NCBI RefSeq assembly: GCF_009914755.1
Contig: NC_060940.1
DNA: 64,000 nt
Reading direction: 5' to 3' (one strand)
Source of the DNA: the human T2T-CHM13v2.0 reference genome, Homo sapiens
Each line of letters begins with the position of its first letter. Position 1 is the stretch's first letter. The position numbers were made by a program, and so were the translations under genes. Positions 19,802 to 33,300 of this stretch are shown piece after piece. A model generated the notes under the pieces. The model was not told the origin of the DNA. It searched no databases and worked only from the letters and a program-made list of their open reading frames with translations.

Positions 19802-22800
19802 AGGGGGAACATCCACTTACAGGTGTGGCTGCTGGAAGGCGCCTCAGCTCAACCTCTCCTAGGCTGCCCCTCAGCTCCACTGCTCTCCTCCCCAACAGGT
19901 ACTTTGCCACCTCATCAAATTCCTTAATGGCAGCCTGGGTAGCGGGTGTGTCTTTCCCTTCTGAGTTAGCTACAGGGGACACCTCAGAGAACTCGAGTTG
20001 AGACTGTGCCCATGAAGGCACTTTACTGTTCAGTTTGGCATCCCAGCTCCTAGCATTGAGTTGATCGAGTGGGTCCTCCACCAGTGTGGCCCGGGGTGAC
20101 CCCACAGTGGGCTGTTGAACGAAAGCGGTAGTTCAGGTGAGGGCACACGTCATCCTTTGGAACCTGGCTCAAACAAGGAGACACCGCCAGCAAAGAATGC
20201 AGAAAATGACAGGTTTGTCTGGTGAACTGGCCTCTGGTTAGTGAACGAGCCTGCGAGAGCCCAAGGGGAGTGAAGGGTGCGTGAACCGCCGTGCCCTTCC
20301 TGCTACTCCGTAAGCTTCTCAAGTTCAGTGTTGGAAGGGGAGGCTCTTAGGGGCTCGGACCATTCTTTGGAGGGTCTGGAGTTCCAGGGCATTGAGCACA
20401 ACTCGGGGACATGGTCCATCCACGGGAGCTCGACGGGCTCATGTTTCCTATAATTTGGGGAGCTCCAGGGATGGGGCTCTGATGGAATCTGATGGCTGGA
20501 TTCAGATTCCTTTCTAGGTTGGGAGCCTGGGATAGTGGAAGGTGGAGGGGCTCTGCAATGAGTTAGCCAAATCCCAGTCTAGGAGGCTGTGGACTCAACT
20601 GTCACACTGTCACAGACTGAGTACTAACGCCATCCCAGCTCATCCCCCGCAACTTACTGACCCAGTCCTGTGGCTGGACCTTTGCTAAGCACCAAGGAGT
20701 ATGTTTTTGACAATCAATCCCTGTGTATTTGCTGCACCCCAGCTTTGTCCAGGCACTGAGCTAGTGCTGTTGCCAGACAGGCGCTTCTGGCTTCTGCCCT
20801 CAGGAACTTTCTTTGCCGTGTCTTGGGGGCTCCATTTCACTGATTTGAAACTATATTCAAGAAATACTGCTATTTAAAGAGGACACTGATTGAATTCAAT
20901 ACTTTCTTCCTGAATGCCTGCTCAGGACAACATTACAAAGACAGACATTTGTAATGTCCTCCTAAATTCCCAGAGGAGTGGGAAGCACATGGAATTTGAG
21001 GTCGAACAGAATCTGAGGTTCAAACCTCGGCTGGATCCTGATAGTTGTCTGACCCTGTCTGAGCCTCAACTTCCTCACTTAAGATGGGGATGGTAATAGT
21101 TCCTACCTCCTAGGCTGGTGGGGAGGAATAAACGAGAACAAATACATAAGGCCTCCAGCATGGTATCTGGTGCTTGGGTACCGGTCATTATTATCACGGT
21201 ATGTCCTACTTAATGTTTACAAATCAACCACTGTACTGGGCTGCATGGAGGATGTCTGGAATGGTCCTGGAATATATCAGGGATTTGCATCCTGCTAAAT
21301 CTCCTCCTTCTACTGGAGTTTTGTGCCCTGTATGGGTAGGGGCGTGTCCACAGATGTCCCCGAAGTGGACAGCAGCTGCTTTGCTTGCCACTGGGCCACT
21401 CCACCCAGTGACTTTGTGCTAGCCCTTGTTGCTTCCTTCTGTGGGGGGTAGGTGAGCATGAAAGTCTCCTCACTGGCCTCCTTGCCTCTAGGTTTCTCCT
21501 CTGCAATGCTCATCTGTGCCACACTGCAGCCTTTTGAAGAAGCCATGTACAAGTCACTCCTTTGCATGGCCCATGTGGTGTCTCCCCACTGCTCTAGTCC
21601 CTGGGTTTGCATTTCAGGGTGCTGCTTGCTCACCGCCTACATCTCTGCTCCACCTCCTCCAGGGACCTTGCACCCCATGGCAAGTGAGTTCAGTTTCCTG
21701 AACAAGCTGAGCATCCTCCCATCTCTTTGCCTTGGTAGGAGCCAGTTCGTCTTCTTGGAGCACCTATCCCCTTCTTTACTTGATTCCTAAAGAACTCTTA
21801 GAGTACCCTGGTCCCCCACACTGGGTTAGACATCCCCCTTTCTGTTCCTGGAGCACCAAGCACAATGTCTGTTACTGTTCTGGACTCTGACCTCCATGCT
21901 TTGTGGTTGAGGATGAGGACAGCACCTATGTCATAGGGTGTGAGAAGAGAATGATGTGTGCGTACAAAATTCTTAGCACATAGGAAGCCTCTGGCCACTG
22001 TGGTTATTATAGTCATTACCATTAATACCCTAGTGCCTGGCCTGTGACCAGCATACAGCAGGAGCTCAATGAAAATATTTGAACAAAGGATCTAATCCCA
22101 CCCGCTTAATGGACTGGGGGGTTTCTTGGCCCCAACCACCCCCCAACACCCACATATCTAGGGCTTGCCCCTTCATGCTTGGTGGTTTTCTCAAGGCTGT
22201 TCAAGCTCAAAACTGGAAGGAAATGGCAGCAAATTGTGGGGAGCTAAGGAATTTCTAACTTTCTAATCTAATTGTGCCTCCCCAAGGAGGCATCTCCTGG
22301 GCAGGCTGGATGTGAGTCTTCTTTCCTTGGTGAGGGATGCAGCCTGGGACCTGCCTTTCATCCCCTGCCTGAAACCCTGGCCAGGCTCGGGGAGAGGGTC
22401 CTCTGGGGAGCACCTTCATGCTGCCTGTTCTTGGGAGAGGGGGGGTGAATAATTTCCACCAACGGCACAGATGCTGTGGATATTCCGCAGTGTTCACGAC
22501 GCAGTTCAACACACGCTGCACACATTCATGTGTTCACTACAGAGGCGCCTTCACTTAAAAAGGCAAAAATCTAGGGTTTTAACGTTATTAGCTGCAGGAG
22601 CACGTGGAGATAAGAAAACCTGGCTGAGGAGCTGAGCATTTGCTAGGTGGCCTTAGGTGCCGGCTGCTTGTGATGGCAGAAAGGGAGCTTTTTGCATCCA
22701 GGCTGCAGTTCCTGATACCCTGGGTCACAAGAGAATCGAATATGGTTCTCTCGTGGGCTGGTGCTGGGCCTGTGAACTCAGATAAAATGACCAGGTGGGG

Positions 22801-23327
22801 TCCCAGGGAAGGTGAAGTAGGGGGAGCTGCTGGGGTGCGCACAAGAGGGGTGGCTGTGTAGGTTGGGGGGTGCTTTAAGTGGGTTCCTAGAAGAGGCTCT
22901 GTCTCCCTGGGCAGAAGAAAGAAGGGGGATGGGCGGACCGTCCCCTCTCTCCAGAAGGTTTGAGGACCCCCAAGGCCAAAGCCAGCAGACGTCAAAGGCC
23001 AGGAGTTCGAGGCCGGCTGGGTCCCGCAGTGGGAGACAGGGCAGGGTGGGCTCATCCTCCGGATCACCGCGGGGACACTTTCAGTCGGGAAGGCGTCCCC
23101 GTCCCACGGCCCCATCTGGCCAGCCCGCTGGACAGCCTGGACAGCGGAGGGGGCGTCAGGGGTCGAGGGTTCCAGTCCCCGTCCTTCCACCCAGCCCCCG
23201 GCCCTCGGGTATCCTTCTTTACCCGTCCGAGTCCGGCCCGGGGGCGGCGGGGGTGGGTGAGGCGCGGGCCCCCAGGCTCCGGCAGCCTGGCTGGGCTCCC
23301 GCCCGGGCACCCGCGGGGGCGCGGCTG

Positions 23328-23341
23328 GCGTGACGTCACGC
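23328..23341. promoter_or_regulatory. CRE (TGACGTCA) within 14-bp perfect palindrome GCGTGACGTCACGC
   Basis: Exact consensus CRE read directly, followed by GC boxes. Confidence 0.75.
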
Positions 23342-23537
23342 GCCCCGCCCCCGCGCCCCGCCCCCTCCCCACATTCCAGGCGGGGCGGGCCGGGACCCCG
23401 CGGGGCTCGCCCGCCCCAGCCCCCTCCCCAGGGGCTGCCCCTCCCGTCGGGCCGCGCCTCCCCGTCGTGGGCCGCGACCCCGCCCGGACCGCGGACTCCG
23501 CCCGCGAGAGGCCGAAGCCGCCGCGGCCGCCGCCGTT

Positions 23538-23586
23538 GCCGCCATTGACGTCAGAGGGGCGGGCACATGACCCTGCGGGGACCAAT
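23538..23586 (+). promoter_or_regulatory. Proximal promoter module: YY1-like GCCGCCAT, CRE (23546-23553), GC box, M-box/E-box CACATGA, CCAAT
   Basis: Motifs read directly and packed within 50 bp, about 60-100 bp upstream of the Inr-like site. Confidence 0.6.
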
Positions 23587-23640
23587 CGCGCGGGCGCCCC
23601 GGGCTCCGCGAGCCCGGCGCGCGGCCCGCCCCGCCCGCGG

Positions 23641-23647
23641 CCACTCT
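23641..23647 (+). promoter_or_regulatory. Putative initiator/TSS (A at 23643)
   Basis: CCACTCT matches YYANWYY and lies about 57 bp downstream of the CCAAT box. The TSS position is inferred. Confidence 0.45.
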
Positions 23648-23833
23648 CGCCCGGACGGCCGCGCGGACACACGCTCTGTACACACGCGCGCGGCGGCGCG
23701 GGGCCCCGAGACACGCCCGCCCCCACCCCGCCGCCCCCACCCCGGCGCCCGCCCTCCGCGCCTGGCCCCGGCCCGCCCTCGGCCTCCCCCGCCCCTCCCC
23801 GTCGCCCGCCGAGCCCGGTCAGCCGCCGCGAGC

Positions 23834-23851
23834 ATGCACCCGACGAGCTAG
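23834..23851 (+). other. uORF MHPTS* in CMIP 5'UTR
   Basis: Only ATG between the putative TSS and the main ATG: ATG CAC CCG ACG AGC TAG, with A at -3. Confidence 0.6.
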
Positions 23852-25039
<1,188 letters not shown>

Positions 25040-28000
25040 TAGAAGCTGCTTGGTGGAGCCCTGGTCCGGCATTGTCTGTAGAGTGTGTGTATACGTGTGT
25101 GTTTTGTTGCTGGAGGTTTAATTTTGTTATTGTTTTTAAATACATGGGTAGGACTGGGTCAGCTGGATGAGTCGGAGAGGAAAAACCATTGATCTGTTTC
25201 TGAAATCAGATCTGCAAATGGTGGCCTTCTTCGTACGTGGAGAAAGACAGCTGTGGTGGGGTCGAGGGGAGAGTGGGGGTGGCGGGTAGGAGCCTGAACA
25301 GGATGCTTTGTGTTTTGAAACAAGGACAGTTTCAAATACCGGCTGTGGCTTGGGCCTGAGGCTTGCCGTGGGGGTCCCATCCTCATTGGGGGTGTAGCTT
25401 GTCTTCCCCAGAATGCACACTCCTCCCTGGGGCCACCGTGATCCTGTTTACTAAGCGCAGTGGGAGGGGGCCGAATCCACTGCCTGCCCACACCTGTGCC
25501 AAGAAAACCCAGCCAGGAAATAGGGTGTCGCTTACATGGCATGTCACAAACGTGTAGCGTGTGTAGACATTTCCCTGGCATCCATGTTCCCTTGGCGGTG
25601 TGTCACAGGCCATGACACATGCCCCAAGGAATGGGGAGGGGGGAAAAGTTAGCTGAAGAATCCTACTCTTTGAACCAGTCCCCCACCCCCCACCCCAGAG
25701 CGTTGCAGCCCTCGAGGACTTTTATTCTTAATTTGGGGTCCGACATGCTTAGAGCACCTATTTTCTCTTTCCTGTGGGCACGTTGGTGCAATATCTGCAA
25801 AGACTCCTTTTTCAGGGAGGATTGCTGGTCGCGGGGAGGCGGCCCAGTCCCCGGTCAGGCTGGTGCATGTTCTCAAGCCCGTCCCGCGCCACAGGCCGCA
25901 GCATTTGGCTTTCCAATGGATGGAGGCGGGAGAGAGCCTCCGAAAATTTGCCAGTACGGAGTGTTTCTGATGTGGGGAGGAACTGGTGACCGCGGTGCCC
26001 CCTGCCTGGATTCTGGAGACCCCAGATCTGGCTTCAGAATTTTCACCTGGCTCAGGGGGACTTTATTGGGCTTTTTTTTTTTTTTTCCTCTTACACTCCA
26101 CAAAATGAAGGGTTGTTGGTGGTGGGGTAGGAAAATGGTTAGAAGGAACAGTGACCTGCCATGGGAAGGCCAGGAGGAGCCCCTTCTCCCTCTGGGAGAA
26201 GCCAGGAGTGAGTGTCCCGCTGCTACCGTCCTGTTTCCGGAAAGCCAGCTCTCGAGGCTAATGCCTCCCCACTTACCTCCGATTGCTCAGGAGGTATATC
26301 TGAGAGAAAGAGGGAAGGAAGAAAGACCTGAATAGCCAGAGGCCCCTCGCTCACCTTGGCCAGCCCAGGTAGGTGGCACCATCGGTAGTGTGGGCCTTTC
26401 CGGAAAGCACCTGTCTAGTACTGGGGACTGAGGCTTATCCATGGAGCAAGATTCTCTTGGCAGAGCCATGCTCTGGTGTTAGGAAATGTGGCAAGAGGAA
26501 CTATAAGGAAGTGTTTGATGGACTGGCATAATCCCCTTTCCGCTGCCTTTCGTCACCAAGCACTACAGGCAGGGGGTGTCCTTAAGTCTTACCCTTGCCC
26601 TCTGGTGGGCTCCAGGGGGCCTTGCCTCAGGGCCTGTGAGCCTGGAGGTGGGGCTGTGAGGGCTGGCCTGGCTGGAGCGCTGGCCTCCCGGGTAGAGGTG
26701 AGGTTGGGACTGCCACCAGGGCTCTCGTCCCATCATGAGACACCTGGTTGGTGTCCAGGCTCTCGGGGAAGCAGCGGAGCCCCTGTGGGGTTTCCCTGAG
26801 GCCTGGACATTATGTAATCTGTCTGCGTTTTATAGTGCGGCCCAAGCACTCTATTGAGAAATATGAGCCCAAATAAAACAAAGGTGAATTTGAGTGCAGT
26901 TCCCTAGAACAAAAACCCTTTGCAGTCCTGTGGCTTCGCAGCAGCCGCTGGCCCAGCCCTGAGCTCCCGATATTCCAAGTATGTTTCCTATAGAGTCATA
27001 TCCTTACTTGAAATATCAGTCATCCATATTTTAAGCCATCTACACAGCCCAACTCAGAATCATCTGGTAATTATCTGGTTAATTGTATGGGCTTCAGGAA
27101 CAAGACCCAGAGTGATTGATAGGGATTCAAACCAATAAACAAGCCAAATACTCTTTTTTGCCCAAACCTTTTGCAGTCTGTTTCCATTGATCCAATTAAC
27201 CGAATCTGAGAGATTTAAGACCGTGCTTCCAGGAGCACATCTGCATCAGGCTGGGATGCAGGCAGACTCGGGCTCCCAGTCCCACCTGCTGGGTGACACC
27301 GGCTAGGTACACCTTTTAGTCTGGGGTCCAAGGGACCTGATAGCCCTCCAGGCTGTCTTACCGGTGGAGCCAGCAGCCTCACCCGCCTGGCCTGCCTGTA
27401 AACTTTGCCTCCTGTGGGATCAGGTCGCAGCTTGCCCTGCCCTGGTCTCCTGGGCCAGTTACTGATTAAATCCTTGCAGAGCCAACAGCGTGCCTAATGT
27501 GGCTTGTGACGGCCGCCAGGTCTGATGCACCCTGTGCTTGGAGACTTTGGATCCGAAATGCTCGTAAACAAAGGAGGAAGCAGATAGGCGACAGCTGACT
27601 TGGGAGGGGAGATAGGGAGGCCAGGGCCCCCTCCCTTGGGGACCCAGGACTGCACCTTTGTGGGGAAGGGCCTGTCTGCCCAGGCTGTGGCCTGAATGTG
27701 GTGCCCCATTCCCTCTTTGTACCCAAACTTCCCAGTTCCTGGGCCTCACTGGCTCTTCATGGCTGGTGATGGTCGTGTTGGTTGTAAATGACAGCCAGGG
27801 CAGCCAGGGGTTCTGCATAAGCGGCCGGGTTCGGCAGGACCAGAATCCATTTTGCTGCTCTCGTCTGTGGGTTGAATTTGATCACCTGCTAGGCATGTTT
27901 GTCCGTGGGCAGAGGGCTTTGTCTGTAGGCTTTGTTTCTTCTGCACCACAGAAGTACAAATAAGCTGCCTACCTTTTATTTCATCTTACTTTTAAGAGAA

Positions 28001-29941
28001 TGTGGCACACGGTATTTCAGAATGGTGGATCCACTCAGAAAGTCCTTTATTCAGGGGTCGGGGCACAGGTGACAGTAGTGTTCTTTATTCTCAAGCCATA
28101 ATTCATCAGTGGCTTGTTTTTAAATTTTCACCACTCTGCTGTTTGATTGCAATGTTTCTGGGCATCTTGATATGGATGGGAAAGGAGAAGCCACCTTCAT
28201 TCTCATTGGTTTCTTTAGTCTGGTGTTTTCTGAACTTGGACTTTGTTTAGCACAGGCTTACTGCATGCCTACTGTGTGTCACTTGCTGAGCTAAGAGTTA
28301 CACATCCACATGGCTTGGTTTCTACCTAAGAATTAAAATCTATGTCCTCCAGGGTAGTCACAGATCCCACGAGAACTCATCTGTGCCCACATGCACGCAT
28401 GTTAATTGCTTTTTCACTTTTGTTACATACCCCCCTTCCCCCCATGTGCCTAGCCTGCCTTTAATTTATTTGATGTTTTTTTGTGGCAGTAAACACACAG
28501 ATTTCCCCCCCCCCCCTTTCCATGCCATTTGTCATAGGAGGATTTTGGAGTGTATCAAAATTGTTTCCTAGACAACTTGTCTGATTGGAGGTGGTGGAGG
28601 GGAGGGGCTGAGACAGAGAGGAGAAAAAGTCAAAATTCTCTGTAAATTGCAAACGTGGTCTGCCTTTCCCAGGCTGTAATAAGTAAGTGCATTTTAAGGA
28701 AGGAGTAAGTTTTGATGCTCGCATTTGCCTGGTGCAATCTGAGATGCCTGTTCCGGCCACGGCAACATCATGCCAGTCCAGGTGGAAGGAATTTCACTGC
28801 ATGTGGCTGAGCTTTCCTGCAAGTGGGTGACAGAGGTGGCAGTTGCTGCTGGCTTGGGCTGCTTGGCCCACAGATTGACTGATGTGGCGGCCCTGCCTGC
28901 TCCTTAGTGTCTCATCGGGCAGTGAGAGGGCATTTCTGGGGCACTGTCCTGGGCAGGGCTCAGGGGGACCTGGTAGAAGGCAAAGCTGTCCCAGGGTACC
29001 TCAACTGCTGCCAGCCAGGACTGACTCGTCTTGAAGGTACCCAATTGGTGTTTTGTTGGCATGGACATTGCAGGGGGTCAGCTTACACCTTTGATTAAAG
29101 GAATACATGAGATTAGGTGAGGCAGCCTGATATGGGGCATCTCCTCTGTGGGGGAGAACAGATTTGGGTTTTGCGTTCTCATGGCGCTGGATCTGGATTT
29201 GAAGGGTGCAGTTTCCTGGCTGTGTGACTTTTGGTGCTTTGCTTTCCCTTGCTGGGCCTTGTTTTTCCTCCATCCTTAGGGAGAGCACCTCATGTCTAGG
29301 GTTGCTGTAAGGATTGGAGAGGATAGATAAGCACCTACTAGTATAGTCAGCATACAGTGACCAGGATTCCAATTCCTGTTTTGCTAATTGCCCTGAAAGA
29401 GCTTCATGACTTTCTGCACAAATGGAAGGGATTATTGTTACCTAAAAATGGGTGGCCTCCAGAGAGTTCCCTGAGATGAATAGTGCATTGGGGAAAGCTA
29501 GGGGTGTTTAGCAGGTCTCATAGGTAGGAAGGCAATGAAATTCTTGCCAGCAGTTTAAGAAAAATTCCTTGCGGGGCGTAGTCTAGTTTCTTAAAATAAA
29601 TTACAAAAATTGAAATACTCATGTATGCATCAGGTAGATTTGATTAGTATAACAAGGTGTTTAATGAAAAATGAAGCTTCCCTTACTCGACGTCCACACA
29701 GCCCCTAGTGGCCCTCCTTGGAGGCAAGCACTGCTGCTCATTTCTTGTGTATCTGGACATGCATGCACACAGCTGTCTACCGTGGTTCTTCACTGGACAG
29801 TATATTTTGGAGACCCTCCATGCGTGTGCAGCTGCCTTGTTCTTTTTCATTGCTGCATAGTGTTCTGTTGTAGAAGTGTATCACAGTAATGTAGGTAGAC
29901 CCTCCCCTGTTGATGGGCATTGAGGTTAGTCCCAGCCTCTT

Positions 29942-30304
29942 TGATATGGTTTGGATGTGTTCCCACTTAAATCTCATCTTGAGTTGTAGCTCCCATAATT
30001 CCCTTGTGTTGTGGGAGGGACCCAGTGGGAGATAATTGACTCATGGGGCGCTTTCCCCCATACTGTTCTCTTGGTAGTGAATAAGTCTCACGAGATCTGA
30101 TGGTTTTATAAGGGGAAACCCGTTTCGCCTAGCTCTTTCATTCTCCTCTTGTCTGCCACCATGTAAGACGTGCCTTTCACCTTCCACCATGGTTGTAAGT
30201 TCCCCCCAGCCACGTGGAACTGTGAGTCCATTAAACCTCTGTCTTTTGTAAATTGCCCAGTCTCAGGTATGTCTTTATCAGCAGCGTGGGAACGGACTAA
30301 TACA
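29942..30304 (+). mobile_element. THE1 (THE1C/D-like) MaLR solo LTR, sense to CMIP
   Basis: TGATATGGTTTGG...GGACTAATACA termini, 363 bp, perfect 5-bp TSD CTCTT at 29937-29941 and 30305-30309. Confidence 0.95.
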
Positions 30305-33300
30305 CTCTTGTTCCTTGAAAGAAAACATTTTCTATTTTTACTGAATGGAGTTGTCTCTATTTTGATGTTCTTTTGCTTAATTCTTTGGGATGGGGGAGCT
30401 GAGCCTCCTTTTGAAGAGGGAAGGGCAGTGTTTCCTGGGGTTATTGCTACCTGGAGTCATGCTTTGTTCTGGCTGAAAGGTCACCAACCAGGGATCCCCC
30501 TCAGAGGGTCTGGCCACTTGGTCTTCCCTGCAGCTGAAGGAACATAGGTGACCAGGGGGCTCTGACAAGGATGCGCTGACTTCCACCCACAGAACAAGGG
30601 TCTGTGCAGCTCCACCTGAGGGCATTGCTTTTTGTTCCCTGACTTCCTGCTTTCCCCAGGATGGAAGCCAGGCCACCCAGCCCCATGGTGGAGGAAGAGA
30701 GGAAGTGAGAGTTTCTCTTCCTTGCTCCTGGCTCTGGTGATGAACCACCCAGTGTATTCAACAGGCACCGAGGGAGACTGTGCGCATTTTGAAAGGAAGC
30801 TTCGCTTACATCAGCAGAGCCCTAACCGAAGGGTGATGAGACGTGCGTGTGGGGGAGGTGTTTGCTGTGTGTATTGAGGCAAAGGAGATGGCAGAGAAAA
30901 TATTTCTGGTGCTGAAATTGGTTCCTGACTTCAGTAGCCATTTCGTTACCCCTCCCATGTGCACAGCGCTCGTCCTGGCATTTGGGGTGTGCAGTGAGGC
31001 CACAGGAAGAGAACACGGCAGACCCAGTGGAGTAGGGGAGTGAGGACCTGGACTTTGAAATCAGACAGGGGAGCTTGAATCCTGCCTCTGCAGTGTCCCA
31101 GGTGGTGACCTTGGGCAGGTCCCCTAGCCTGTGTCCTTATCTGTAAAGCGAGGATCAGAGAAACTTCCTCTTAGCATTGATGTCAGGGTAAATGAGGTGA
31201 GGCCTGGCGGTGCTTTCATGCCTCCATTCAGCAGTTAAGTGTCACCGTTCTAGGCACTCGGAAGAAAACAGGAGCCTGCCCTCGTGGAGCCTGTGTTGGT
31301 GGGAGTGGACAAACAACTAAGTTAAGAGCAAGTAATTATAAAATCCGATGACAGGGATCGTGGAGAAAAGCAAGCAGGGTGGGGCGAGTGGTGGGCTGCT
31401 TTGTACATAGTGGTCAGGGAAGCGGGTGATAGGACTTCCAGGGGGAAGAGCGTTCCAGGTAGAGGGAACAGCAATTGCAAAGGCCCTGAGGGAGGAGATC
31501 ATCTGTGGAAATCACCCAGTAAAGTGGCTTGCACCTGGTACATGTTCTATGATTGTCAGTTTCCTTCCTCCTGCTCTGTGGAGCTGTTATTATCTGTTTA
31601 AAAAATTAATGAGTATGTAGAATGTGCGAGGTGATGGACACACAGGCAGCTCCTTGCCCCGTAAAGCTTCCATTCTTTTGCTTCTGTTGTGTGTTTTTTC
31701 TTTTGTTTTTTTTTTGTTTTGTTTTTTTTTTTTTTTTTTTGCAAACCTGGCTGCCTCCCAATAAATAGTGAAGAATAGCCCTGGTAGCAGTGCCTTAAGA
31801 GATTCTTAAATGACAAAGCCCAGCAGAACTTTGAAAACGCAACTCCCTTTGTCCATAACTACACTCTAAGGATCCTAGGATCTAGAACACACTAGTGCTC
31901 TGATTCACCTCTGGTTTTGCCAGCGAGGAAGGGGTGAGGGGAAGTGTGTCGGCAAAGACCCTTGCAGCTGGCTCAGCAGCCCACCTGGGATTCAAACCCA
32001 GACTCCTGCCTTCCCATGGCATCCTTTGTTCGTGGCTCTACTGCTTTCAAGCTACTGTCAGAAATGGTAGGGTGGACGGAGCGACTAAACTGATTGTGCT
32101 GGGCGAACTCTTTTTGGAGGGAAGCACGTGGTCTGGATCGTCTGGTCCCTGGTGGATATAGGATTTGAGTGTATGGAATCAAACAGCCATCTGGGTGCTT
32201 CCCTTGGGCTGGGCTGGCTGCATCCAGCTCAGGTGGGGTCATATGGAGAAGGAAGATCACACCGGGACTGCTGCTAGCTTCTCTGGGTGTCCTGGGCCAG
32301 TGCCAGTTTCCTTAGAGGTCCAGGATATCTGAAAATTGGAGCACACAGTCTGAGCAGACCCAGGCCTGGCTCTCCTCCCTCGCATGTTGGCTCCCTGTGT
32401 GGACTAGGTGACCCTGTTTACCAACACACACACCGGTGCGAGGCTCTGCAGGGAAGGAGAGCCACGGGTATGGAAGGGGCTGTGTGTTCCCCAGGCAGGC
32501 TAGCTGCCGTAACACGCAGCCCTGGCATCTGGGTGGCTTCATGCAGCCCAGTTCTTGCAGTCCTGCAGGGGTCTCCCGAGGGTTCTGCCCCCTCTTTTTC
32601 TTGTGAAATGGGTCTGCCCTCCCCTAGGTCCTTCATTGTCAGGGGGATGGGGAAAGAGTGAGCACCACAGCCAAGCCGTTTGTAGATCTGGCCGCTTGGT
32701 TGGCTAGAACTCAGACACACGGCCACACGGAGTGCAGGGGAAGACTTGGGAACATGGTTTACATGTGCGTCTGGGAGGAAGAGGAGAGCATGGAAGCGAT
32801 GACTACTCCCACCCCAGCATCCTTGGGATGCAGCAGCAGATCTTGAGGTCTCCAGGGTGCCAAGAGCAGAGCTGCTTCCCTAGAAAGGAAATTCACATGA
32901 CCGTGATCTCATCTGGTTCCTGGGTTTGAGGTTGGGGGCATTTCGGCCAAGCTTGCAGTCTTCTCTGGTGGGGAATAAAGTAGGGTGAGCAAATCCGTTG
33001 TAAGAGATGGACCTATATGTTCCTGGTTGCAACGATATTTATCGTATCCCTACTGTGTGCCGGGCACAGTGCTCATTTAATTTTCACAACAATCCTGTGG
33101 GGTAGGTGTTTATTCCCATTTTACAGATGCTCTAATGGAGTCTCAGATAAAGAGAGCTGGGAGGAAGTAGAGTTTAGTGTCAAAGCCAGGTCTGACCCCG
33201 TGTCTGTGTGGGTCCATCAATGTATATGCACCTGGTAGATGCACATGAAACTATTTCAGCCTCCTGCAGAAACATCTTAGGTAGAAATAAGTGAGCTTTT

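Noticed and set aside
31690-31741. Isolated T-rich tract as orphan retrocopy tail
   Set aside because: No adjacent recognisable element or convincing TSD.
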